From positions 1 through 50,984 of the forward strand of contig JAODAS010000029.1 of assembly GCA_025463555.1 (NCBI GenBank): a stretch of DNA of 50,984 nt, in the 5' to 3' direction. The notes under the pieces are model-generated. The model did no database searches and was not told where the DNA came from. It saw nothing but the letters and a program-made list of their open reading frames with translations. Made by a program: the position numbers and the translations under genes. This document shows positions 1-7,594 of the stretch, piece after piece. Every line of letters starts with the position of its first letter. The stretch's first letter is position 1. Origin of the DNA: Schumannella sp. Lineage in GTDB: Bacteria; Actinomycetota; Actinomycetes; Actinomycetales; Microbacteriaceae.

Positions 1-39
1 CTCTTCAAGGTCTTCGTCGTCGCTCATACCTGCTCCCCA

Positions 40-732
40 ATGACCGGTCGGGGTCAGTTTCAGAACGCGTGCGAACGTACTCCGCTTGACGCACAACGAA
101 TAGTCGGCAAGACGCTCGTTCGCGTCGACGGCCCCTATGGTGAGGACATGCTCGACGATCTCGATCACGCCTACCGACTGTCGTACCTGATCGGTGAGAT
201 CGTCCGGAACGACGTCTGGGCCGAGAGCGAGATGCGCTCAGTGTGGCGTGCGCTGCACGATGCCCATCTTCCCGTCGGCGAAATGCAGCGGAACTTCGGG
301 TATCTGGTCAAGCAGGTTCGGACAGCCCTCCGACTCCCATCGATCCCCCACGACTTCCAGGTTCTCGCGCTCGAGGTCATCGAGGCCACGCACGCGGTGC
401 ATCAGATGCGCAATACGGTGGCGCACGATCTGCTGATCCAGGACCACTTCGACTCGAACCTGGTGCGCTCGATGCGAACATCGGCACCGCCGCGCCCTCT
501 CGCGGAGCTTCAAGCCATCAGCGCGGATCTGATGACGATGGCGTGGAGGCTGCGCGGCATCTGGGTTATCGCACCTAGTTGGATAGGCGGAGCATCCGAG
601 GATGACGGGAATACTCGTGAAAGCCTGCTGTCGTGGACGCGGGTAGCGATGGGTCACATCAGAGATGACGTCCCGAACGCCATTCTGGGCACGCCCGGCG
701 ACGCTCCCGAGCCACCTGGCGGATACCGTTAG
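40..732 (+). CDS. HEPN-like protein (RNxxxH motif), possible RNase or abortive-infection-type effector
   Basis: 230-aa ORF whose composition is not shadow-like. 'HQMRNTVAHDLL' contains R-N-x3-H, the Rx4-6H HEPN signature. No other domain recognised. The start is uncertain because ATG 40 lies only 12 nt from a divergent ATG at 27. Confidence 0.4.
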   Translation: MTGRGQFQNACERTPLDAQRIVGKTLVRVDGPYGEDMLDDLDHAYRLSYLIGEIVRNDVWAESEMRSVWRALHDAHLPVGEMQRNFGYLVKQVRTALRLPSIPHDFQVLALEVIEATHAVHQMRNTVAHDLLIQDHFDSNLVRSMRTSAPPRPLAELQAISADLMTMAWRLRGIWVIAPSWIGGASEDDGNTRESLLSWTRVAMGHIRDDVPNAILGTPGDAPEPPGGYR

Positions 733-1319
733 GAACCGCGGCTAGCCCCTGCGCCCTCGGTTGAGGCGAGAGCGCGGCGGACAGTGGCCGAGCCGACTCG
801 GAGAGTCTTGGCGATGGTGTCCCACGTCGCCGGCGGCGTCTGCGCCCGCATCTGCCGCGCGACCTCGATGCGCTCTGGCGTCATCACGGTTGGGCGGCCG
901 CCGACACGCCCTTGGGCGCGGGCGTACTCGAGCCCGAGTCGAGTGTTCTCTCTGATGGTGTCGACACGGAGCTGGGCGAACACGGCGACGATGCCGAACA
1001 GGGCACGGCCCATTGGACTTGTGGTGTCGATCACCGGTTCGGTGAGGCTCTTGATATCGATGCCCTTGTCCTCCAGCTCATGCAGCGTCTCGATCAGGAT
1101 CCGCTCCGTGCCGCCGAGACGATCCAGCCGGCGCACCAACAGCACATCCCCGGCGCGGAGGTAGTCCATGCACGCCATCCACTGCGGTCGGTCCTTGACT
1201 CTGCTCGAGTCGCCGTGGTCGACGAACACCCGTTCGGCGCCGGCCGCTTTCAGCTCGGCCTCCTGCGCCTGCGAGTTCTGTTCCCGCTTCGACACGCGCG
1301 CGTATCCGACGACAGTCAT
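729..1319 (-). CDS. Serine recombinase (resolvase/invertase family)
   Basis: N-terminal 'VVGYARVSKREQ' catalytic-Ser motif, 'LLVRRLDRLGG', 'GGRP' linker and a C-terminal HTH ('TIAKTLRVGSATVRR'). Its ATG overlaps the upstream fic stop (ATGA). Confidence 0.9.
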   Translation of the reverse strand: MTVVGYARVSKREQNSQAQEAELKAAGAERVFVDHGDSSRVKDRPQWMACMDYLRAGDVLLVRRLDRLGGTERILIETLHELEDKGIDIKSLTEPVIDTTSPMGRALFGIVAVFAQLRVDTIRENTRLGLEYARAQGRVGGRPTVMTPERIEVARQMRAQTPPATWDTIAKTLRVGSATVRRALASTEGAGASRGS

Positions 1320-2074
1320 CGTCCCCTCCCCAGATCGGTGTCGTACCCCTGCGTCAGCGGTGGCGTCGGCCGTGCCGGGGCCGAGGAGATGCCACGCCCC
1401 GGAGTGGCAGGGCCTCCCATGCTCGCGAACACGCGCAGCTGCTCTAACCGCTCCGGGGTGAGCCGGCCGCCCGGTGTCGCCGGTTTCACGATCTGATCGA
1501 ACATCGTGTGCAAGCCCGCGAAGTCGCGGCGCTCCATTGCATCCCGGGAGGCTTGGTCGTTCTGCGCGCCGGTGACCTCGCTCCAGTCCAGGTCATAGCC
1601 CGCGCCCGCGGCGACCTGGGTCCAAAAGATCCGTTGTGTGCGCCCGTTTCCTTCACGGAACGGGTGCAGGTAGTTCACCTGGTCGTAGTGATAGGCCAGC
1701 CGCTCAACGAACCGGTCGCGGTCTAAGCCCCGCAGCTGCTTCTCCTCCGCGAGCTCCGCGAACGCGAACCCCGCCCCGGACTCCAGCCGGGATACCGGCA
1801 TGAAGAACTCCGCCTCCGCATCCGTGCCCTTGCGGATATCGACGGTGCGCAGCTGGCCGGCCCAGTCGTAGACGTCCTGGAAAAGCTGGCCGTGGATCGC
1901 CTGCAGCTGTCGGAGATCGCCGGTGACCTTCACCGGTCGGATGATCATCTGGACGCGCCGCGCCTCCACCAGGTCAGCCTCAGCAGAGTCGAGGGCGCGC
2001 TGATCGGTGATGCCGAGGTTGTTGCGGAGAATGCCCGAGGCGGGCTCGAGATACGGGTCGACGAACTCAGGCAA
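1316..2074 (-). CDS. Fic/DOC family toxin (AMPylase-type Fic domain)
   Basis: Canonical Fic motif 'HPFREGNGRTQR' (HxFx[DE]GNGRxxR). The track ORF runs to 2146, but the N-terminal 24 aa look like run-in. The likely TTG start at 2074 overlaps the antitoxin stop by 8 nt. Confidence 0.85.
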   Translation of the reverse strand: MPEFVDPYLEPASGILRNNLGITDQRALDSAEADLVEARRVQMIIRPVKVTGDLRQLQAIHGQLFQDVYDWAGQLRTVDIRKGTDAEAEFFMPVSRLESGAGFAFAELAEEKQLRGLDRDRFVERLAYHYDQVNYLHPFREGNGRTQRIFWTQVAAGAGYDLDWSEVTGAQNDQASRDAMERRDFAGLHTMFDQIVKPATPGGRLTPERLEQLRVFASMGGPATPGRGISSAPARPTPPLTQGYDTDLGRGR

Positions 2075-2270
2075 GGCCGTAGCGGGCCCGGGTGCGACGC
2101 ACCAACTCGTCGGCGTCGAACTCCCCCTCGACGAACGCTGCAGCATCCGCCCGGTACTCGGCCGTGGAAGAAAGGCCCTCCATTTCGGAGCTGTGCGCGG
2201 CGTCAGCCACTACACGCTCGCGGAGCTCGCGCTCAGCGGCGGAGATGGTGCTCGCTGTCTTAACGCTCAT
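2067..2270 (-). CDS. VbhA-like Fic antitoxin (inhibitory [ST]xxxE[GN] motif)
   Basis: 67-aa product 'MSVKTAS...AAHSSEMEGLSS...' carries S-x3-E-G. ATG at 2270 is preceded by AAAGGGG. It lies immediately upstream of fic and overlaps it. The longer track ORF (to 2441) is Arg/Cys-rich run-in. Confidence 0.7.
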   Translation of the reverse strand: MSVKTASTISAAERELRERVVADAAHSSEMEGLSSTAEYRADAAAFVEGEFDADELVRRTRARYGLA

Positions 2271-2304
2271 CGCTGCCCCTTTCGACCTCTCCATTCTACC
2301 AGAC

Positions 2305-2370
2305 CTGCTCAAAAACCCACACGTAGCGTTTCGAGCAAAGGAGGGTTTCGGCAAGGGTTTTGAGCAGCAC
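2305..2370. promoter_or_regulatory. Repeat cluster upstream of the vbhA-fic-resolvase operon (inverted repeat plus three tandem ~13-bp units)
   Basis: CTGCTCAAAAACCC (2305-2318) and GGGTTTTGAGCAG (2355-2367) are inverted. Between them lie tandem units GTTTCGAGCAAAGG / GGTTTCGGCAAGG / GTTTTGAGCAGC (2328-2370). Confidence 0.3.
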
Positions 2371-2489
2371 GCGATCCGCGAAGTTCCGCAGCACGCTCTC
2401 GCCGGTCGACGGGCTGCTCGCAAACGATCGTTTATGAGCATGTTTCAGACAGAGCTCTCCTGCCGGTTGGGGGCACCTGCGATTTTTGG

Positions 2490-2645
2490 CTACTTCTTCC
2501 CGCTGCGGAACGCCTTGATAAGGCGCACCACGCGACGGTGGACCTTCTCGTTGAAAATAGCGAGAAGGACCACCACGCCGAGGACGTACCCGAGGAACGG
2601 GAACGCGCTGGCGTACTGAAGAGCCTCGGTCAGCAGTGGGGGCAT
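2490..2645 (-). CDS. Small hydrophobic membrane peptide (51 aa), absent from the ORF track
   Basis: ATG at 2645 is preceded by a perfect AGGAGG 6 nt upstream. It translates to MPPLLTEALQYASAFPFLGYVLGVVVLLAIFNEKVHRRVVRLIKAFRSGKK, with one TM segment and a basic tail. Third-position GC is high throughout. Confidence 0.5.
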   Translation of the reverse strand: MPPLLTEALQYASAFPFLGYVLGVVVLLAIFNEKVHRRVVRLIKAFRSGKK

Positions 2646-2770
2646 CAGCCACCTCCTGTTGCGAGGTGTCGACCCAACCGGTCGACGAAGGTTGACCGCC
2701 GGACAGCAATCAACCAGTCACATGCGGCGATCCGCACGGGTGGGTGCGGAGTTCGCCGGTTAAACAACAA

Positions 2771-2802
2771 AACGGCCGAACCTTCCGGTTCAACCGTTTT
2801 TT
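2771..2802. terminator. Hairpin with flanking T/A runs (bidirectional terminator-like)
   Basis: AACGGCCGAACC-TTCC-GGTTCAACCGTT followed by TTTTT, with an A-rich run before it. Confidence 0.45.
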
Positions 2803-2900
2803 GCGCACTACTAAAGCGCTCCTCACTTTACCGCAAAGGCGCGCAGAAAAGCAACCAGCCGCGCGAACCGTCGCTGGCCGCCGCCCGGTAGCCTCTCGGT

Positions 2901-3344
2901 GTGCAACGGTCAGCAGCCCGCATCGTCGTCGTGAACGAGGACGGACAAACCCTCCTGTTCCGCGGCGGCGACCCAGGACGCCCGGAGGCGGGGACGTGGT
3001 GGTTCACGCCGGGCGGCGGCGTCGAGGGCCGCGAGACCCTTATCGACGCAGCGCGCAGAGAGCTTAGCGAGGAGACTGGCCTAGAGGTTGCGCGCCCGCT
3101 CGGACCCATCTACCAGCGCGATACCACGTTCGAGTTCACCGGTGAGACTTTCCAGCAACACGAGGTCTACTTCTACGTTGTCGTGCCGACCTTCGAGATC
3201 GACACACACGGCTGGACAGTCCTCGAACGGGCCGTCATGCGCGAGTCCCGGTGGTGGTCGCTGCAAGAGATCCAGACCACCGACGAGATCGTGTACCCGG
3301 ACAACCTGGCCGCTCTGCTCATAGAAATCTTCGAGAGACACTAA
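2901..3344 (+). CDS. Nudix hydrolase
   Basis: Nudix box 'GGGVEGRETLIDAARRELSEETGL' (GX5EX7REUXEEXGU). GTG start. Confidence 0.9.
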   Translation: MQRSAARIVVVNEDGQTLLFRGGDPGRPEAGTWWFTPGGGVEGRETLIDAARRELSEETGLEVARPLGPIYQRDTTFEFTGETFQQHEVYFYVVVPTFEIDTHGWTVLERAVMRESRWWSLQEIQTTDEIVYPDNLAALLIEIFERH

Positions 3345-3418
3345 CCATCGTTTTCGAATCTGACTGGCCGCTTCCATCGACCGCTTCGTCTTGGCACATA
3401 TGGCGGCAGACTTGAAAC

Positions 3419-3955
3419 GTGAGCTATTCCGACGTCCTAGCAAGTACAGCGTTAGTGGTTTCCCTGCTCACGGCCGGTTGGACCGCATGGCGCTCTTGGC
3501 GTTGGGATCGTCCAGTGGTCTCCGTTTCGGGTGAGCAGTGGACCGGGGAAAGGAGCACCGCGCCGGGACGCCGGATCGCTGGCTTCAGCATCGAGGTCGT
3601 GAACACTGGCAATCAAGCCACCCAGATCGTCTCCGCTTACTGGCAGATTGACCGCGGTGACGGCGTCGATATTCATTTCACTGCCTCGCACGGTGGTGGA
3701 GGCATCGACTCGCTGTTCGGCGCTCCCGATCACGCGAACGCGCCGATTCTCCCGTTCAGTCTTGAGCGTTACGATCGGCGCGCATGGGACTTCGAGATGA
3801 GCCTGGACGGCATCCGAGATCCGGAGACGATCGTTCGCGCCCGCCCGGTGGTTCAATTCACCTCGCGGAAAAAGATAGAGCTCGCGTACGGCCCGTGGCA
3901 GCCGTCTCAGCTCGCCTTGGACGCGCGCCGCTCCCGTGACGAACGGGACGCTTAA
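3419..3955 (+). CDS. Hypothetical membrane-anchored protein
   Basis: N-terminal TM segment 'LASTALVVSLLTAGWTAW' followed by a beta-rich soluble part. Coding-like composition. No motif recognised. Confidence 0.5.
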   Translation: MSYSDVLASTALVVSLLTAGWTAWRSWRWDRPVVSVSGEQWTGERSTAPGRRIAGFSIEVVNTGNQATQIVSAYWQIDRGDGVDIHFTASHGGGGIDSLFGAPDHANAPILPFSLERYDRRAWDFEMSLDGIRDPETIVRARPVVQFTSRKKIELAYGPWQPSQLALDARRSRDERDA

Positions 3956-4008
3956 GGCCAGTCGGAAGCCTCATGCTCGCCGGCCGCGATCGGGGTACGC
4001 TCGGCGCC

Positions 4009-4722
4009 ATGTGCGGACGTTTCGCGATGGACGACAAGGTGAATGCGGCGATAACGGAATTCGTCGAGTCGACCGGCAAGATGCCGGAAGACTGGCGCCC
4101 GGGCTGGCAGCCGAGCTGGAACATCGCTCCCACCGAGAACATCCCGCTGCTGTTCGAATCCGGCAAGGGCGAGGCGGAGCCGCAGATCCGTTTCGAGCCG
4201 GCCTACTGGTCGCTGGTGCCCAGCTGGTCGAAGACGTTGAAGCTGAAAGCATCCACCTTCAACGCTCGAGCTGAGGATATGGCCGAGAAACCATTGTGGC
4301 GGGGGCCTGTGAAGTCGCACCGGGCGATCGTGCTCGCGAATGGCTACTACGAATGGCAGGGCCCCAAGGGGCACAAGATCCCGTACTTCATCCGGTACCC
4401 CGACGATCAAGTGATGGGCTTCGCGGGCCTCTACTCGTGGTGGGCCGACCCGTCCAAGGATCGCGACGATGATTCACGTTGGCGGCTGACGGCCACAATT
4501 GTCACCTCCGACGCGGTGCAGACTCTCGCAGACATTCACGACCGGAACCCGGTCATCCTTCCGCAGCGGATGTGGGAGCACTGGATCGATCCGACCGTGG
4601 CCGGCGACCAGGCCCTCGTTGACGAGGCTGTCCGTGCGGGCGTCGCCGAAACTGAATCGCTGCGGTTCGACCAGGTGGGACCCGGGCGCGGTGATGGGCC
4701 GGAGCTCATCCAGCCAGCCTGA
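4009..4722 (+). CDS. SOS-response-associated peptidase (SRAP/YedK family, abasic-site crosslinking)
   Basis: Starts 'MCGRF' (catalytic Cys2). Also has 'SWNIAPT', 'FNARAE' and 'ANGYYEW'. The track ORF begins 12 codons earlier at 3973. Confidence 0.85.
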   Translation: MCGRFAMDDKVNAAITEFVESTGKMPEDWRPGWQPSWNIAPTENIPLLFESGKGEAEPQIRFEPAYWSLVPSWSKTLKLKASTFNARAEDMAEKPLWRGPVKSHRAIVLANGYYEWQGPKGHKIPYFIRYPDDQVMGFAGLYSWWADPSKDRDDDSRWRLTATIVTSDAVQTLADIHDRNPVILPQRMWEHWIDPTVAGDQALVDEAVRAGVAETESLRFDQVGPGRGDGPELIQPA

Positions 4723-4766
4723 CAACGAATCGCGGACTGACCGGGCGCACGGCGAGCCCAAAACAG

Positions 4767-4795
4767 AAAACCTCGACTCCCGGGAGTCGAGGTTT
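4767..4795 (+). terminator. Perfect palindromic hairpin terminator after the SRAP gene
   Basis: AAACCTCGACTCCC|GGGAGTCGAGGTTT, with 14-bp arms and a T-rich 3' side. Confidence 0.7.
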
Positions 4796-4942
4796 CTGTA
4801 CTGCCTCCGGTGATCCTGCGGGAACCCCACCCAAAGAAGGTGGCTGCTCCGAGCATTCGCGCGGGGCGTCGGTTCAAGACTCCCTGCCGGATTGGTTCTA
4901 AAGCTACACCCGTGGGGAGCAAAGAACTGCGGGTTGCCAATC

Positions 4943-5006
4943 TAGCGCAGCCCCCTATGGTACGTTAGCGCAACCCCTAATGTAATCCTTAGTAGTTCAA
5001 CCCTAC
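4943..5006. repeat. Iteron-like direct repeats (2-3 copies, about 23-27 bp spacing) in a lower-GC spacer
   Basis: TAGCGCAGCCCCCTAT (4943), TAGCGCAACCCCTAAT (4966) and the weaker TAGTTCAACCCTAC (4993). They lie about 55-115 bp upstream of the ORF at 5059. Confidence 0.35.
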
Positions 5007-5058
5007 GCCTTCGCTTTGAAAAAGCAACTCGGGCCAGCGGCAACAGTGGAGGTCGGAA

Positions 5059-5883
5059 ATGGCCAGCTCTAACCCAGCACAGCGAGAAGCGTTCGACCGA
5101 GTCGTGCGCTTCCAACAGAATCGGTTCGGCAGGGGGGCGCCCCTGCGGGATGACTTCTTCGTCTCCGCGCGACAGGAGGGCACCCACCACCCCCTGGCGA
5201 GTCTGATGAACGCCCGCAGCGGGTCCGGCGGCGGCCGCGGAGGGAAGACTCGCGTGCTGCTCTACCTGAGCCTGCTCTGGGTGGCCGGCGGCGGCGACCA
5301 CACAACTAGCCGACCCTCATGGTTCTGGGCCGATCTGCTCGGACTACCCGACTCGAAGGGCGCCGGCGGCCGAGCGATCCGCAGCAACTGGGAGGAGCTG
5401 GAACGCCGCAAATTCGTCGGAATCGAACCCGGCAAAGCGTCAGGAGATCTCCCGACCATCCGCGCGCTCAAAGAGGACGGATCAGGAGACGCGTACGTCA
5501 TTCCTACCGGTCAACCTGGGGACACCTACCGCCGTGTACCTGAAGCCGCCTGGCGGACGCTCTTCCACACGACCGATCTCACCGGAGCTGGCCTCAGCAT
5601 GTACCTCGTTTCGCTCCGAACATTCGGCCAAGCCGGCGGTAATCCCCTCACGTTCCCTCGTTCCTACTTCAGCAGTGAATACGGAATGAGTGAGTCCACT
5701 CGGAAAGCCGGCCTCCGTAACTTGGTGGACCTTGGAGTATTGGAGGCCGAGGGCATCAGCGTAGAAACGGGCGCGGGTGTGCGTCGCCGCGGCCGGACGA
5801 ACTACTCGCTGCTGCCGGTCTACGAACCCCCGGCACCCGCTACCCCCGCTCCGACACCGCCTCGGCAAGACCCGCCCGCATAA
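5059..5883 (+). CDS. Hypothetical DNA-binding (winged-helix-like) protein, possible iteron-binding replication initiator
   Basis: 274-aa ORF. The C-terminal segment 'GMSESTRKAGLRNLVDLGVLEAE' resembles a wHTH recognition helix and wing. Function is inferred only from context with the upstream repeats. Confidence 0.3.
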   Translation: MASSNPAQREAFDRVVRFQQNRFGRGAPLRDDFFVSARQEGTHHPLASLMNARSGSGGGRGGKTRVLLYLSLLWVAGGGDHTTSRPSWFWADLLGLPDSKGAGGRAIRSNWEELERRKFVGIEPGKASGDLPTIRALKEDGSGDAYVIPTGQPGDTYRRVPEAAWRTLFHTTDLTGAGLSMYLVSLRTFGQAGGNPLTFPRSYFSSEYGMSESTRKAGLRNLVDLGVLEAEGISVETGAGVRRRGRTNYSLLPVYEPPAPATPAPTPPRQDPPA

Positions 5884-6261
5884 TCAAGCAACCGCGGTTT
5901 CATCACGGCTGCGTCCGGTGCGAGGGTCAAGGCCGGCCCGCCATCGTTCGCGTTGCTCCTCGGGGGTGATGATTGTGCCATCCGGTGCGGTCGCCGGCGC
6001 GAGGAAGTTGGGCATGCCGAGCGCGAGCGCGCAAGCATCGAGGGCCTGCCGCAGCTCGTCGTAGTAGCCCAGCGGCCACCGGTCGCTGCGCTTGAGCACC
6101 CAATGGTCAACGCGGTACATCATCAGCGTTTCGTGAGTGTCGGAGCGGGTGGCCGGCGCGTACTCGATCTGGAACTCGATACGGTTCGCGGCGTCGTCGA
6201 GGACCAGCCAAACCTTCTCCCCCACGTGCAGCGTTTTCACGTTTCCGACCTCCCACAACAT
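5884..6261 (-). CDS. Hypothetical protein (125 aa)
   Basis: Trimmed to 'MLWEVGNVKTLHVGEKVWLVLDD...'. The upstream part of the track ORF is Arg/Ser/Thr-rich run-in. No motif recognised. Confidence 0.5.
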   Translation of the reverse strand: MLWEVGNVKTLHVGEKVWLVLDDAANRIEFQIEYAPATRSDTHETLMMYRVDHWVLKRSDRWPLGYYDELRQALDACALALGMPNFLAPATAPDGTIITPEEQRERWRAGLDPRTGRSRDETAVA

Positions 6262-6322
6262 TCGAACATAGCTTCGAATTGTGGTGCAATGGGGTGACAC
6301 TGAGTATCTGGAGGTTCTGGTC

Positions 6323-6592
6323 ATGAGCATCGCGCCCGCCGCAGACATTGTGCACCTCTGGATGGAGCAGGGAGCCCCGGTTCGCCTGGTGTGGGCCGGC
6401 CACCGGTACCGAGCCGTCAGCGCCGAAACAATCCGCACGGCGGTTGACCATGACGCGCTCACTCACTCCGCCGAACGCCTGGTCGGATGGTCGGTGATCG
6501 GTCGCAGCGAGCACGATCCTGCGGACGTGCGCCTGTTCCAGCTGCAGCGCCACGGCGCCGGCTGGATCCTGGTCGACGTCGACCCGGCCTGA
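6323..6592 (+). CDS. Hypothetical small protein (89 aa)
   Basis: ATG at 6323 is preceded by GGAGG 8 nt upstream. 'PVRLVWAGHRYRAV...WILVDVD' looks like a beta-rich small domain. Function unknown. Confidence 0.5.
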   Translation: MSIAPAADIVHLWMEQGAPVRLVWAGHRYRAVSAETIRTAVDHDALTHSAERLVGWSVIGRSEHDPADVRLFQLQRHGAGWILVDVDPA

Positions 6593-6596
6593 GCTC

Positions 6597-6911
6597 GTGG
6601 GCACGAACAAACGCTACGACGTCTATTCGGCGCCGCTGGCGGAGATCGCCAAGGCTGCGGAGCGGCAGCCGCGGCCGATCAGCCTTCCGGACGAGATGGT
6701 GCGCGCGAGCGGTCGACGTCGAGACGAACCGCAGCCGGTCCCGGTCAAGGCTCACGTGCCGGTCCAGGTCGCCTATACCGACGTGCAGCTCGTCGACGCG
6801 GAGGCGTTGGCCTGGACGACGGGCGGCTTGGTGCTAATCCGTTACGTCCCGGAAGGCGGCCGCGCTCCGGTTTACGTGTGGGTTGCCGGGAACTTCGTGC
6901 ACCGGAAGTGA
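6597..6911 (+). CDS. Hypothetical protein (104 aa)
   Basis: GTG start 5 nt after the previous stop. Coding-like composition. Followed by a strong hairpin. Confidence 0.45.
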   Translation: MGTNKRYDVYSAPLAEIAKAAERQPRPISLPDEMVRASGRRRDEPQPVPVKAHVPVQVAYTDVQLVDAEALAWTTGGLVLIRYVPEGGRAPVYVWVAGNFVHRK

Positions 6912-6927
6912 TCCGCCTGGACACAAG

Positions 6928-6963
6928 AAAGCCCCGGCCGGGAGAGAGATCGGCCGGGGCTTG
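6928..6963. terminator. Bidirectional hairpin terminator between convergent genes
   Basis: GCCCCGGCCG-N10-CGGCCGGGGC flanked by AAA and TT. Confidence 0.6.
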
Positions 6964-6993
6964 GTTCTTGAGGGCGCGAGACGTCGGACGTCG

Positions 6994-7524
6994 CTAATCG
7001 CTGTCCTGCAGCGGCGGTAGGTACTCGCCGGTGCCTGGTTGCCGGATCGGTACGTCCCAGGGTGTGAGCGGTGCCGGTTGGGAGTGGTTCTTTGCTCGGT
7101 GCTCGAGCAGGGCCATGTAGTGCAGGTGGCGATCGACGATGTGGGCGATCGTGCCGTCCATCGCAATCAGCATGCGCTCCAGGTCGTGCTCGGCGTCTTC
7201 AATCTGGCGCACGAGTTCGTCTCGTTCCCGTAGCGCTTCGCGGACGCCTTGCACGTACAGCGCAAGGCCCTTCTGGGTGAGGCGATCCAGTCGCACTCGC
7301 CGGGCCGGCCGTTCCAGGTCCTTGCCACCGAACTCCGCCGGCGCGGGGTGGAAGTCGATCGCGCCCTCCTGCTCGGGTTCCGGCCCGTCGTCGACGAAGG
7401 CGCGGTGGTAGTAGTACGCCGCTTCCTGGCGCAGCTCGTGCAGCTCGAGGTACAGGTCCGCGAAACTCTCGCGTGTGTCCTGGATACCGCCAACGATGAT
7501 TTCTGCAGGTGTGTACTTGGTCAT
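6994..7524 (-). CDS. Hypothetical protein (176 aa), second gene of the R1-driven unit
   Basis: Trimmed to 'MTKYTPAEIIVGG...'. Helical and acidic. No motif recognised. Confidence 0.55.
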   Translation of the reverse strand: MTKYTPAEIIVGGIQDTRESFADLYLELHELRQEAAYYYHRAFVDDGPEPEQEGAIDFHPAPAEFGGKDLERPARRVRLDRLTQKGLALYVQGVREALRERDELVRQIEDAEHDLERMLIAMDGTIAHIVDRHLHYMALLEHRAKNHSQPAPLTPWDVPIRQPGTGEYLPPLQDSD

Positions 7525-7594
7525 GGTGATGCCCCGCTTTGGCGCATCGAAGGGGGGCGAGCGCATCGCGCCCGCCCCTGCGGCCTGTCTGCAG

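Noticed and set aside
1-27. Start of a minus-strand gene running off the left edge (ATG at 27, MSDDEDLEE..., GGAG upstream).
   Set aside because: Only 9 codons are visible, and the start lies just 12 nt from the divergent ATG at 40. It cannot be supported from this window and is mentioned only as a possible partner of the HEPN-like gene.
4796-5058. Possible tRNA gene or att site in the lower-GC spacer after the SRAP terminator, suggested by a GGTTCAAGACTCC-like stretch.
   Set aside because: I could not assemble a cloverleaf. There is no acceptor-stem complement, no anticodon arm, and no proper GTTCRANYC T-loop context. No integrase is nearby.
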